This document shows, in pieces, positions 1 to 10,750 of a stretch of 33,419 nucleotides of DNA (position 1 is the stretch's first letter; each line of letters begins with the position of its first letter). The stretch spans positions 46,582 through 80,000 of the forward strand of contig NW_025215268.1 of NCBI RefSeq assembly GCF_004010195.1. The letters are read 5' to 3'. Under the pieces are notes generated by a model. It made no database searches. It was not told the origin of the DNA and saw only the letters and a program-made list of their open reading frames with translations. Origin of the DNA: Chiloscyllium plagiosum (lineage: Eukaryota). The position numbers were made by a program, and so were the translations under genes.

Positions 1-143
1 CTCTTTATGGGCATTTAAGCGGGCATTGGATAGGCATATGGAGGATAGTGGGCTAGTGTCGGTTAGGTGGGCTTGGATCGGCGCAACATCGAGGGCCAAA
101 GGGCCTGTACTGCGCTGTATTCTTCTATGTTCTATGTTCTATG
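1..143 (+). mobile_element. CR1-type LINE 3' end
   Basis: Ends in gggccaaagggcctgtactgcgctgtattc followed by (ttctatg)n, the typical CR1 3' terminal motif plus short tandem tail. Confidence 0.8.
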
Positions 144-1934
144 TATATTATACACAGCGACTCCTGTTCTCTGTATTATACACAGGGATTGCTGTTCTCT
201 ATATTATACACAGTGAGTGCTGTTGTCTATATAATATGTAGGGACTGCTGACCTCTACAATGTATGCAGGACATACATGTATGTTTCCTACATTCTAGAC
301 AGGGACTACTGTTCTCTACCAGACACGGAGCGACAGCTGATCTCTACATGAGAGACAAGATCTGCTGTTCTCTACAGTATGCGCAGGCACGACTGTTCTC
401 CACATTAGAAACAGGGACTGCTGTTTTCTACATTATTCGCAGGGTTTGCTGTTGTCTATATTACTCACAGGGACAGCATTTCCTGTATGAGACACAGGGA
501 TTGCTTTTCTCTATATTATGCACAGTGATAGCTGTTTTTGATTTTGTACACATGGTCTGCTGATCTTTATATTATAAACAGGGACTGCTGTTCTGTGTAT
601 TACAAAGAAGGACTGCTGTTCCCTATACAAGACACAAGGACTGCTATTCCCTATCTGAGTCACAGGGTCTGCTGCTCTCTAAATTAAACACAGGGAATGT
701 TGTTCTCTGTATTATACACAGGCACTGGTGTTCTCTAAAATAGACACAGGGACTGCTGTTCTCTACTATATACCCAGGTACTGCTGTTCTCTTAAATAGG
801 CATAGGGACTGTTGTTCTCAAATAGACACAGGGACTGTTGTTTTCTATATTATGCACAGGGATAGCTGTTTTCCATATTGTACACATAGTCTGCTGATCT
901 CTATATTATTCACAGGGACTGCTGTTCACTATTTTATTGTTCACACGTACTGGTGTTCTCTCTTACACATGGGCACTGTTCAGTATAATTCACACAAGAA
1001 TTGGTGTTCTCCATATTATACACAGATAAGGCTGTTCTCCATATTGCACAGACAGACTCCTGCTCTCTATAATATACGCAGGGATACGTGTTCTCTCTAT
1101 TATACACAGCAACTGCTGTTCTCCATATTATACACAGGGACTGCTGTTTAATATATATTGTGCACACTGATTGCTGTTCTCTATATTAGACACAATGACT
1201 GCTTTTCTCATTATTAAACACAAGGACTGCTGCTCTCTATATTATGCACAGGGCTGCTGCTCTCTATATTTTACACAGGGACTGCTGTTCTCTCTTATAC
1301 ATGGACACTGTTGTCCTCTATCATAGACACAAGACTGCTGTTCTCCTTATTATTCACAGGTAAGGCTGTTCTGTATATTACACACAGGGACTCCTGCTCT
1401 CTATAGTAGACACAGGGATTCATGTTCTCTATATTATACACAGTGACTGGTGTTCTCTATATTATACACAGGGACTGCTGCACTCTTTATGAAACACAGG
1501 GATTGCTGTTCTCTATATTATGCACGGGCACTGCTGTTTTCTGTATTACACAGAGGGACTGTTATTCCCTATATGTGATACAGGGATCGCTGTTCCCTAT
1601 CTGAGCACGGGGTCTGCTGCTCTCTTTATTAAACACAGGGAATGCTGTTGTCTATATTATACACAGGCACTGGTGTTCTCTAAAATGGACAGAGGGACTG
1701 TTGTTCTCTATGTTGTACACATGGATAGCTGTTCTCAGTATTGTACACAGGGTCTGTTGATCTCTATAATATGTACATGCACTGCTGTTCTCTGAAATAG
1801 ACACAGGGACTGCTGTTCTCTATATTGTACACAGGGTTAGATGTTCTCTGTATTTATACACAGTGACTCATGTTCTCTATATTATACACAGGGATTGTTG
1901 TTTTCCATATTGTACAAAGGCTCTACTGTTCTCT
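144..1934. repeat. Degenerate 28-bp satellite array (consensus ACACAGGGACTGCTGTTCTCTATATTAT)
   Basis: cacagggactgctgttctctatattata recurs at ~28-bp spacing with many substitutions; same family and orientation as 18755-30550. Confidence 0.92.
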
Positions 1935-2441
1935 TGTAGGGGGTGGTGTAATTTTTAAATCATTAACTGTTGTAGTAAGCACATAGTAAGTACAAAGCCA
2001 CCATTTTAGTCTTCTCTACCTTGTAGTAAGCACGAGCAGACACTCCCCCAGATTTTCATGAATGGAACAATGGAAACAGCTTTCCTCGTGGCTGAGGGAC
2101 CGCCCACAACCACGGCTGTACGTCATCATCCATATAAGGGAGAAACGGGGAACTCGAACACTGATTGGCTGGGTGAATAACCAAATAATCGAATCCATCA
2201 GGAGGACAGTGGGGAACTTTAACACTCATTGGCTGAGACAGAAGAAGGCCCCGCTCACTCCTACATGTATATAACGTGCGGGGATTACAATCTGTGTGTG
2301 TGCCTCGTGGGAAGCCATTGAGGTAACACCCGGTTCTGCAGAATTGAAAAAATAGTTTTGGACGAGCTCCTCCGTGTCTTTGTTCTTGGGAAGGGAAGCA
2401 GAATGCCTGATGGGGGGTCGCAGAGTCCCCTATCCTGCACA
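1935..2441 (+). repeat. 5' LTR of the ERV
   Basis: Starts TGTAGG where the satellite stops (start +/- ~13 bp uncertain) and ends ...CTGCACA just before the PBS. Contains two reverse CCAAT boxes (attgg ~2164, ~2228) and TATATAA at 2268-2274. Confidence 0.85.
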
Positions 2442-2443
2442 AT

Positions 2444-2461
2444 TGGGGGCTCTTCCGGGAT
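2444..2461 (+). promoter_or_regulatory. Primer-binding site, tRNA-Pro
   Basis: TGGGGGCTCTTCCGGGAT matches the MLV-type tRNA-Pro PBS TGGGGGCTCGTCCGGGAT at 17/18, 2 nt after the LTR end. Confidence 0.9.
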
Positions 2462-2740
2462 GCAATAATTATTGCCGGGGCTCTCTTCGGCTCGTGGATC
2501 AAGTCTGATACAAAAAGACGCGTCTGGTATATATTTATACTGCTCACTGGATCGGCTTGGTCCGCCAGCCGTCGGCCAAGAGAGTGACCCGGCTCATTAA
2601 AAATAATTTTGAATCCTGGAAAAGGAACACACGGACGAGTGTTTAAGACCAGGACCGTAGATAGACCATGGGAAATTGTGGTTTTGATGGTTATCTGTGA
2701 AAATGCTTTAGGCGTTTAAGACCAGGACCGAAGATAGACC

Positions 2741-4365
2741 ATGGGAAATCAGACTTTCAGGTCCACTAAGGACAAGTCAGGGAGGACTGTAAATGGAAAA
2801 GAAATACCCCCCGATAGTCCACTAGGTCGGAAATTGAGTTTATGGACGGAAAGCAGTAGGACAAAGGACTTAAAGAAAGAGACCATGATAAAATATTGTT
2901 GTTTTATATGGACAAAAGAACCTATCCGCGCCCCCTCGGTAGTTTAGCCCAAGTATGGGTCTGATGAAGACTGGGTGTGTCAACTCCTAAATATATATAT
3001 GTTAACAGAAAACAACCGTTTGACCCAGAAGAGAGCAAATATGCCGCCGCCTGGTTGGCGAGTGACTGCGGGGACCCCACGAGTCTCTATCCTCTGATTC
3101 CCCAAACAGACCCGAGAAAGCCCCAGAAGTCTTGGGATGTCCTCACCGACGGTTTGCCCCCTTCTGCCCGCCCCCGTATGTACAACCCCGCGCACGGCCA
3201 GGCGTCCAGCGCGGACCTCCCTCCTGCGTCGGATAATCCCGGTTCCCGGCAGGTCATGCTCAGTGAGGGAGAGCCTGCTGGGGGGGACACAGGAAGGGAA
3301 GAAGAGCCCACCCCAGGCATTAGGAGATCAGCCCGAATTGAGATGCGGAGAGATTAAGAAGAGAGATTGGGTGCTGAGTGGGTTAACAATGTTGAACAGA
3401 TGAACCCTTTACGAGAGGTGCCGTTTGGGAACGAACGGACCGGATTCGTAGTACAACCTTTAAATTCTGGGGATATCCGACAACTCCGTAATGAACTACC
3501 CCGTCTACTGGACGACCCTGTCAGTGTGGGAACACAATTAGATCAATTTCTGGGGCCCAGTATATACACATGGGCCGAATTGCAGGCCATGATAAGAATA
3601 CTATTTAATTACGATGAAATTGTCATGATCCGGAATAGTGCAATGTCCATTTGGGATAGGGAGCATCAGGACGGCCCTCAGCGTGGAGAGCAGAAGTACC
3701 CCTTAGAGGACCCCCGGTGGGATCATAATGACGAGGGGGGACGGGCTAATATGACAGACCTCAGAAACCTTACAATCAGGGGAATCAAAACCTGCGTGCC
3801 TAAACAGCGGAATTTAGCGAAAGCATTCGAAGTTGGACAGAAAAAGGATGAATCCCCGAGTGAGTTTTTAGACCGTTTGCGGGAGTCCATACGAAAGTAT
3901 TCAGGTTTAGACCCCGATGGGGAAATAGGCAAGGGCATGCTTAAGGTGCACTTTGTGACTAAATCATGGCCTGACATTCAGAAGAAAATACAGAAAATAG
4001 AGGAATGGGCTGAAAAAGACGTTGCGGAATTATTGCGGGAAGCACAGAAGGTGTACGTTCAGAGGGATGTAATAAGGGAGAAACAGAAGACAAAAATGAT
4101 GGTGGCACCCGTACGGGAAGCTTGTAAATCCACCGGAATGGGGGAGGGAGGTTATGGGGGGGAAAGAGGAAGGTCGAGGGAAAGGCGGAGAGGGAGAGGA
4201 GCGAGACGGGGCAGAAGGGGGAGAGGAGGATCTTATGGAATCGAACGGCCTCAGGCGGCCGGATGTTACCATTGCGGGAAACTGGGACACGTCAAGAGGG
4301 ATTGTCGCGATTTTAAAAGGGAGCGAGAAGGGATGTATGAAATGGAGCGCAAACAAATGGATTAG
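2741..4365 (+). pseudogene. gag: Retroviral Gag (MA-CA-NC), disrupted
   Basis: MGNQ start; TAG at 2945-2947 (probably TGG in WPKYGS); frameshift in the (AT)n run ~2991-3000; TAA at 3355-3357; then 332 open codons with MHR QKKDESPSEFLDRLRESIRKY and a single CX2CX4HX4C knuckle CYHCGKLGHVKRDC. Confidence 0.92.
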
Positions 4366-4587
4366 GGAAGTCAGGGGAGGATCGGAACACGGGCCTACCA
4401 AGAACCCCTGGTAAATTTACGGGTGGGCCCATTTAGACAAGATGTTACTTTCTTAGTTGACACAGGCGCCGGCAGGTCCTCAATCCCCCTCCATCCTAGG
4501 GGGGTTGGCTTCCAGGCTAAAACATTAAACATTTCAGGAGTAAAGGGTGGGGTTTTCAGTGCAAGAATATTTGAACCACAGAACTGA
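4366..4587 (+). pseudogene. pro: Retroviral aspartic protease, C-terminally truncated
   Basis: In frame after the gag TAG: GSQGRIGTRAYQEPLVNLRVGPFRQDVTFLVDTGAGRSSI... with the active-site DTG at 4459-4467; no RT, RNase H or integrase follows. Confidence 0.88.
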
Positions 4588-4649
4588 ATCAGACTAAGCG
4601 TAACCTAGAGAGAGAAAGGGGATTCCAGGGTCAGACGTTAGTATAACAG

Positions 4650-6860
4650 TTGCATGGCAAAGAAGGCATCAATAGGCCTCCGGCCCCCGGGGTCCAGGCT
4701 ATGGTGTCAATTGTCCGTGATCCCATCACCCCTGGGCGGAATTATGAGCAGAATCAGTGCAATCCACTCTATCTGACCATAAAGACCTTTGGGAACAACG
4801 GGACGAGCCTTAATGGAACGATCCTGGGTATTAGGGTTGGGGGCCAGGCAGGACAGAAGGGGTTGCAGCTGTGCTGCACAACCATCACGGTCATTGAAGC
4901 TGGGTCTGGGGCCTCATCCACCCCCGATGAGCAGGAAAAGGTTAGGATAATTGAGGTGATGGACTTGGAAAGGACCTTTGAAATAGAAACGGGATACGGG
5001 GAGGCGAAAGCCTGGATGGAATGGGTCAAATATACGGTAAGGAACATGAAAAAGAGTGATTGCTACGCGTGCATGGATGCCCGTCCTAACCCTCAGGTGG
5101 TCCCATTCCCGCTGGGATGGGAGAAACATCCACAAGCCTTGGACTGCATGGTAAGGCTGTACCAGGACCGAGAGGCCTGGAACGACCCCACTTGTCGACC
5201 CTTAAGTTTGAAGTTTCCTCCCGTCAGGTCTAAAGGGGCGCCCCGCCCTCCGTCATTCCCAGGGGTAACGGGTACGCACCAAGCCTGCGTCTCTCGGACG
5301 AGACCGCAATGGGACAATGATGTGGGGACATTTGACAAGTGCAGCGGATCAATTCGGCGGGTCAACGAAACTACCGGGGGCAGGAATTACTCCCACATTC
5401 ATGTACCCAGGGCAGACCTCTGGTGGTACTGTGGTGGGAGGATTCTGCGACCGACCCTGCCCCAAAAATGGGCGGGCACTTGTGCAATCGTTCAATTGGC
5501 CATCCCATTCACCGTAGCATTCGACAAACAAGAGCAACCCCGTTCCAGTAAAAGAACTAAGAGGGCTTTGGAGACCTCTCTCGATGATAACATATATTTA
5601 GATGCCATAGGGGTCCCCAGGGGTGTTCCTGACGAATACAAGGCTAGGAACCAGATAGCGGCAGGTTTTGAGTCGTCACTGTTCTGGTGGGTGACCATCA
5701 ATAAGAACGTGGATTGGATTAATTATATGTACTACAATCAGCAGAGGTTCATTAATTATACTCGGGAATAGCAGACCAACTAGACGCCACTAGCAGAATG
5801 GCGTGGGAAAATAGGTTGGCCCTGGACATGATGTTAGCAGAGAAGGGGGGTGTTTCTCCCATTCCCGCTGGGATGGGAGAAACATCCACAAGCCTTGGAC
5901 TGCATGGTAAGGCTGTACCAGAACCGAGAGGCCTGGAACGACCCCACGTGTCGACCCTTAAATTTGAAGTTTCCTCCCGTCAGGTCTAAAGGAGCGCCCC
6001 GCCCTCCGTCATTCACAGGGGTAACGGGTACGCACCAAGCCTGCATCTCTCGGACGGGACCGCAATGGGACAATGATGTGGGGACATTTGACAAGTGCAG
6101 CAGATCAATTCGGCGGGTCAACGAAACTACCGGGGGCAGGAATTACTCCCACATTCATGTACCCAGGGCAGACCTCTGGTGGTACTGTGGTGGGAGGATT
6201 CTGCGACCGACCCTGCCCCAAAAATGGGCGGGCACTTGTGCAATCGTCCAATTGGCCATCCCATTCACCGTGGCATTCGAAAAACAAGAGCAACCCCGTT
6301 CCAGTAGAAGAACTAAGAGAGCTTTGGAGACCTCTTTTGATGATAACATATATTTAGATGCCATAGGGGTCCCCAGGGGTGTTCCTGATGAATACAAGGC
6401 TAGGAACCAGATAGCGGCAGGTTTTGAGTCGTCACTGTTCTGGTGGGTTACCATCAATAAGAACGTGGATTGGATTAATTATATATACTACAATCAGCAG
6501 AGGTTCATTAATTATACTCGGGAATAGCAGACCAACTAGACGCCACTAGCAGAATGGCGTGGGAAAATAGGTTGGCCCTGGACATGATGTTAGCAGAGAA
6601 GGGGGGTGTTTGTGTCATGATAGGCACTCAGTGCTACACTTTCATCCCCAACAACACAGCCCCTGATGGGTCCATCACCCGCACCCTGGATGGGCTCACC
6701 ACATTGGCGGATGAACTCGCCGAAAACTCGGGCATCGATTCTGGCCACACGGGTTGGTAGGAAGCTTGGTGCGGTAAATGGAAGGGGGTGGTCGTTTCCT
6801 TTCTCGTCTCATGTATAGTGGTGGCAGGGGTACTAACTGCCCTCGGGTGTTGCATCATTC
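4650..6860 (+). pseudogene. env: Retroviral Env (gamma-type SU/TM), truncated at both ends, frameshifted, with an internal tandem duplication
   Basis: CYAC (CXXC) motif, furin site RTKR (5553-5564), ISD-like WENRLALDMMLAEKGGVC, CX6CC degenerated to CVMIGTQCY, TM anchor VVVSFLVSCIVVAGVLTALGCCII; frameshift after NYTR in both copies; TAG at 6758-6760. Confidence 0.9.
5101..6612 (+). repeat. 756-bp tandem duplication within env (5101-5856 / 5857-6612)
   Basis: tcccattcccgctggg at 5101 and 5857; ORF stops at 5771 and 6527; about 18 substitutions counted by eye. Confidence 0.93.
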
Positions 6861-7067
6861 GAGACAGTAGAAGGTCCCGCCCACTCCTACATGTATATAA
6901 CGTGCGGGGATTACAATCTGTGTGTGTGCCTCGTGGGAAGCCATTGAGGTAACACCCGGTTCTGCAGAATTGAATAAATAGTTTTGGACGAGCTCCTCCG
7001 TGTCTTTGTTCTTGGGAAGGGAAGCAGAGTGTCTGATGGGGGGTCGCAGAGTCCCCTATCCTGCACA
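6861..7067 (+). repeat. Partial 3' LTR (most of U3 and the PPT deleted)
   Basis: Matches 2235-2441 with 6 substitutions in 207 bp; AATAAA at 6973-6978; fused directly to the env TM coding sequence. Confidence 0.9.
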
Positions 7068-7069
7068 AT

Positions 7070-8085
7070 TTGGTAAAGCATTGGAAAAGGTTAGAAGAGA
7101 TAGGATTTATAATCATCGAGAAAATAATAATCTGATGAGGGACAGTCAGCACGGTTTTGTAAAGGGTAGGTCGTGCCTAACGAATCTTATTGAGTTTTTT
7201 GACAAAGTGACCAAACAGGTAGATGAGCGTAAACAGGTTAATGTGGTGTATATGGATTTCTGCAAGGCTTTCGATAAGGTTCCCCACAGTAGGCTATTAT
7301 ACAAAATGCGGAGAATGGGATTGTGGGAGACATAGCAGTTTGAATCAGTAATTGGCTCGCTGAAAGAAAACAGAGGGTTGTAGTTGATGTAACATGTTCA
7401 TCTTGGTGTCCAGTTACAAGGGTCGGTGTTGGGTCCACTGCTATTCGTCATTTTTATAAATGACCTGGATGAGGGCTTAGAAGGGTGGGTTAGTAAATTT
7501 GCGGACGACACTACGGTCGGTGGAGTTGTGGATAGTGACGAAGGATGGAGTAGGTTGCAGAGAGACATAGATGGGATTCAGAGCTGGGCTGAGAGGTGAC
7601 AAATGGAGTTTAATGTGGACAAGTGTGAGGTGATACACTTTGGACGGAGTAATCGGAATGCTAAGTACTGGTCTAATAGTAAGATTCGTGGGAGTGCCGA
7701 TGAATAGAGAGATATCAGTGTCCATGTAAACAGATCCCTGAAAGTTGCCACCTAGATTGACAGGGTTGTGAAGAAGACATACAGTGTTTTGGCCTTTATT
7801 AACAGAGGGACTGAGTTCCGGAATCAGGAGGTTATGCTGCAGCTGTACAAAGCGCTGTTACAGCCACATTTGGAGTATTGTGATCAGTTCTGGTCACCGC
7901 ATTATAAAAAGGATGTTAAAGCTTTGGAAAGAGTGCAGAGGAGATTTTCTAGGATGTTGCTGATATGGTAGGAATGTCTTACAAGAAAACACTGAGGGCC
8001 TTGAGGCTGTTCTCGTTAGAGAGAAGAAGATTGAGAGGTGACTTAATGGAGACATACAAGATAATCAGAGAGTTAGATAGGGTGG
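7070..8085 (+). mobile_element. CR1 LINE ORF2 (reverse transcriptase) fragment, degenerate, running into the gap
   Basis: RDSQHGFVKGRSCLTNLIEFF, YMDFCKAFDKVPH, SKFADDT, HLEYCDQFWSPH, LFSLERRRLRGDL; stops and frameshifts present. Confidence 0.92.
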
Positions 8086-9870
8086 NNNNNNNNNNNNNNN
8101 NNNNNNNNNNNNNNNNNNNNNNNNNNNNNNNNNNNNNNNNNNNNNNNNNNNNNNNNNNNNNNNNNNNNNNNNNNNNNNNNNNNNNNNNNNNNNNNNNNNN
8201 NNNNNNNNNNNNNNNNNNNNNNNNNNNNNNNNNNNNNNNNNNNNNNNNNNNNNNNNNNNNNNNNNNNNNNNNNNNNNNNNNNNNNNNNNNNNNNNNNNNN
8301 NNNNNNNNNNNNNNNNNNNNNNNNNNNNNNNNNNNNNNNNNNNNNNNNNNNNNNNNNNNNNNNNNNNNNNNNNNNNNNNNNNNNNNNNNNNNNNNNNNNN
8401 NNNNNNNNNNNNNNNNNNNNNNNNNNNNNNNNNNNNNNNNNNNNNNNNNNNNNNNNNNNNNNNNNNNNNNNNNNNNNNNNNNNNNNNNNNNNNNNNNNNN
8501 NNNNNNNNNNNNNNNNNNNNNNNNNNNNNNNNNNNNNNNNNNNNNNNNNNNNNNNNNNNNNNNNNNNNNNNNNNNNNNNNNNNNNNNNNNNNNNNNNNNN
8601 NNNNNNNNNNNNNNNNNNNNNNNNNNNNNNNNNNNNNNNNNNNNNNNNNNNNNNNNNNNNNNNNNNNNNNNNNNNNNNNNNNNNNNNNNNNNNNNNNNNN
8701 NNNNNNNNNNNNNNNNNNNNNNNNNNNNNNNNNNNNNNNNNNNNNNNNNNNNNNNNNNNNNNNNNNNNNNNNNNNNNNNNNNNNNNNNNNNNNNNNNNNN
8801 NNNNNNNNNNNNNNNNNNNNNNNNNNNNNNNNNNNNNNNNNNNNNNNNNNNNNNNNNNNNNNNNNNNNNNNNNNNNNNNNNNNNNNNNNNNNNNNNNNNN
8901 NNNNNNNNNNNNNNNNNNNNNNNNNNNNNNNNNNNNNNNNNNNNNNNNNNNNNNNNNNNNNNNNNNNNNNNNNNNNNNNNNNNNNNNNNNNNNNNNNNNN
9001 NNNNNNCAGTGGTAAGATACAGAATTTATAGCAAAAGGTTACAATGTAATGTCACTGGAATTATACTTTGAAAAATAACTTGATTGTTTGTTAAGTCTTC
9101 CATCTGTTAGAATGACTATGTTAGGATCACTTCTTTCTTATGTAAATCGGAAAACTTTCTTTTAACAGTTATTCTCAGGTGAACTCTACCAATTAGTGTC
9201 AGACAGATAACATGTTGAAGGTGTTAGTCGCTGTGTGCTGCGTCCGTGCCATAATGTTTAGACTGACGCTAATCTAAAAAAAAACAACACGCTGCAGGCA
9301 AGGATGCTTTAAAGCATGGTACATTGGTGAAGCCGAGAAGAGGCTACAGCAACGGAATGGGCACTGCACATCAATCAACAGACAGGTGTGTCCCTTCCCA
9401 GTTGGAAAGCACTTCAGTGGTCCAGGACATTCGACATCGGTGACAATCCTCCAAGGCGGGCTTCGGAACAGGCAGCAGTGAAAAGTGCCACGCAGAGGCT
9501 GAAAGCTAAATTCGGTACCCATGGGAATGGCCTCAACCGGGTCCTTGGGCTCATGTCACAGTACAGGTGATCCCATTGCCCAATCTACAAACAGAGACCC
9601 TCCTACACACACGCACGCACATACACACACACATATGAGTTTGTGAGTTGAATTTGTACTTGCAGAGTTACAGTGCACTTTGCGCAAAACTGCATGAATC
9701 AATATACGTCTCTGGTAACTCATTTTTATCAACTAGAATCAGTCTAAACATTATGGAACAGAGAAGCACACGGGGGCAGACACCAGTTGTTAAATTTCAC
9801 CTGAGAATGAAACTTTAAAATAAAAAGTTTTGCACTTTACATATTAAAGAAGTGACGGTAACATGGTCAT

Positions 9871-10159
9871 TTTAGATTACATTACAGTGTGGAAACAGGC
9901 ACTTCGGCCCAACAAGTCCACACCGACCCGCCGAAGTGCAACCCTCACATAACCCCTAACCTAACACTACGGGCAATTTAGTATGGCCAATTCACTTGAC
10001 CTGCACATCTTTGGACTGTGGGAGGAAACCGGAGCACCCGGAGGAAACCCACGCAGACACGGGGTCAACGTGCAAACTCCACACAGTCAGTCGCCTGAGG
10101 CGGGAATTGAACGCCGGACTCTGGCGCTGTGACGCAGGAGTGCTAACCGTGCCGCCCAC
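9871..10159 (-). mobile_element. HE1-like V-SINE (tRNA-derived head, V-domain, CR1-derived tail)
   Basis: Minus-strand head gtgggcggcacggttagcac...; V-domain signature tgtgggaggaaaccggagcacccggaggaaacccacgcagacacgggg; CR1-like tail gggccgaagtgcctgtttccacactgtaatg. Confidence 0.85.
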
Positions 10160-10281
10160 ATTCTGCCATTCTAACAGATCGGAGACTTAGCAAACAATCA
10201 AGGTATTTTTCAATGTATAATTTGAGTTACATCACACTGTAAACATGTGCTATAAATTCTGTGTCTTACAACTGTGTACTC

Positions 10282-10362
10282 CACAATCACCTGATGAATG
10301 AGCAGCAGTCCGAAAGATAGTACGTCCAATTAAGCCTGTTGGAGTGTAACCTGGTGTTGTGT
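10282..10362 (+). ncRNA. Degenerate hammerhead ribozyme motif of the Penelope element
   Basis: Core CTGATGA (10291-10297) ... GAAA (10312-10315); cacaatcacc could pair with downstream ggtgttgtg; stems II and III mismatched. Confidence 0.55.
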
Positions 10363-10679
10363 GATTTTCAAATTTGCATGCACCAGTCCAAAACCGGCAT
10401 CTCCAACTCATTCGATACGAGGCGCTCTGGTCACAGAACCAAACTTTCTGCATCCAACATATTAAATCCTTGAAAAAAAACTATATGTTTCAATAAGGAT
10501 CATTTTTGTAGTACTGAGTCTGAGCAGGCTAAGTCAACTGATTGCAGCGTTTCTTCCCATTTGATTTCATCTCCGAAATGAAATTCTCACTGACTCTGAC
10601 AGAAATGCTACCTTTGCTGTTTTGTAATGTCAGGAACTCATGTTTAATATAATATTTTCATAAGGAGCAACAAATATTT

Positions 10680-10750
10680 TTCCCTGACTGGAAATCAACA
10701 TTGGGAAATGGCAGTGAGACAGCTGAATTTCAGCACTTGCACACCAAAGA
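10680..10750 (-). pseudogene. tRNA-Glu(CTC) pseudogene
   Basis: ttccctgactggaaatc...ggcagtgagacagctgaat...cacca is colinear with the reverse complement of vertebrate tRNA-Glu-CTC (TTCCCTGACCGGGAATC...GGCGGTGAGAGCGCCGAAT...CACCAGGGA); many mismatches. Confidence 0.65.

Larger units (their letters stand above)
1935..7067 (+). mobile_element. Defective Class I (gamma/epsilon-like) endogenous retrovirus: LTR-PBS-gag-pro(truncated)-env-partial LTR, pol deleted
   Basis: 207-bp direct repeat (2235-2441 vs 6861-7067) ending in CA; PBS; Gag MHR and CCHC knuckle; DTG protease motif; Env furin site, immunosuppressive domain and TM anchor. Confidence 0.93.
9007..10410 (+). mobile_element. Penelope-like element remnant with inverted terminal duplication, interrupted by a SINE
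   Basis: 9289-9570 encodes a decayed GIY-YIG C-terminus (WYIGEAEKRLQQR...VGKHFSGPGH...KFGTHGNGLNR); 9007-9280 is the reverse complement of ~9720-9870 plus ~10165-10275; CTGATGA...GAAA motif at 10291-10315. Confidence 0.78.

Noticed and set aside
98..200. 28-bp satellite derived from the adjacent CR1 tail
   Set aside because: Resemblance is limited to aggg.ctg and ttct.tat; a CR1 insertion next to an existing array is simpler.
26..1795. Short Cys/Tyr-rich ORFs here and at 25912-30577
   Set aside because: They are translations of the 28-bp satellite in various frames.
2056..2547. Antisense 163-aa ORF over the LTR (and 6634-7152) as an accessory gene
   Set aside because: No recognisable motif; the similarity between the two ORFs only reflects the LTR repeat, and each extends into unrelated sequence.
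2641..2749. 73-bp spacing of the leader repeat matching the 73-bp satellite period
   Set aside because: No sequence similarity between them; coincidence.
4650..6860. Domesticated syncytin-like env gene
   Set aside because: No signal peptide or ATG start, a frameshift before the ISD in both copies, broken CX6CC, and a stop before the TM anchor.
10410..10470. Possible fifth tRNA remnant (ttcgatac...ctctggtcacagaacc)
   Set aside because: Only a B-box-like fragment; no convincing colinear match to any tRNA.
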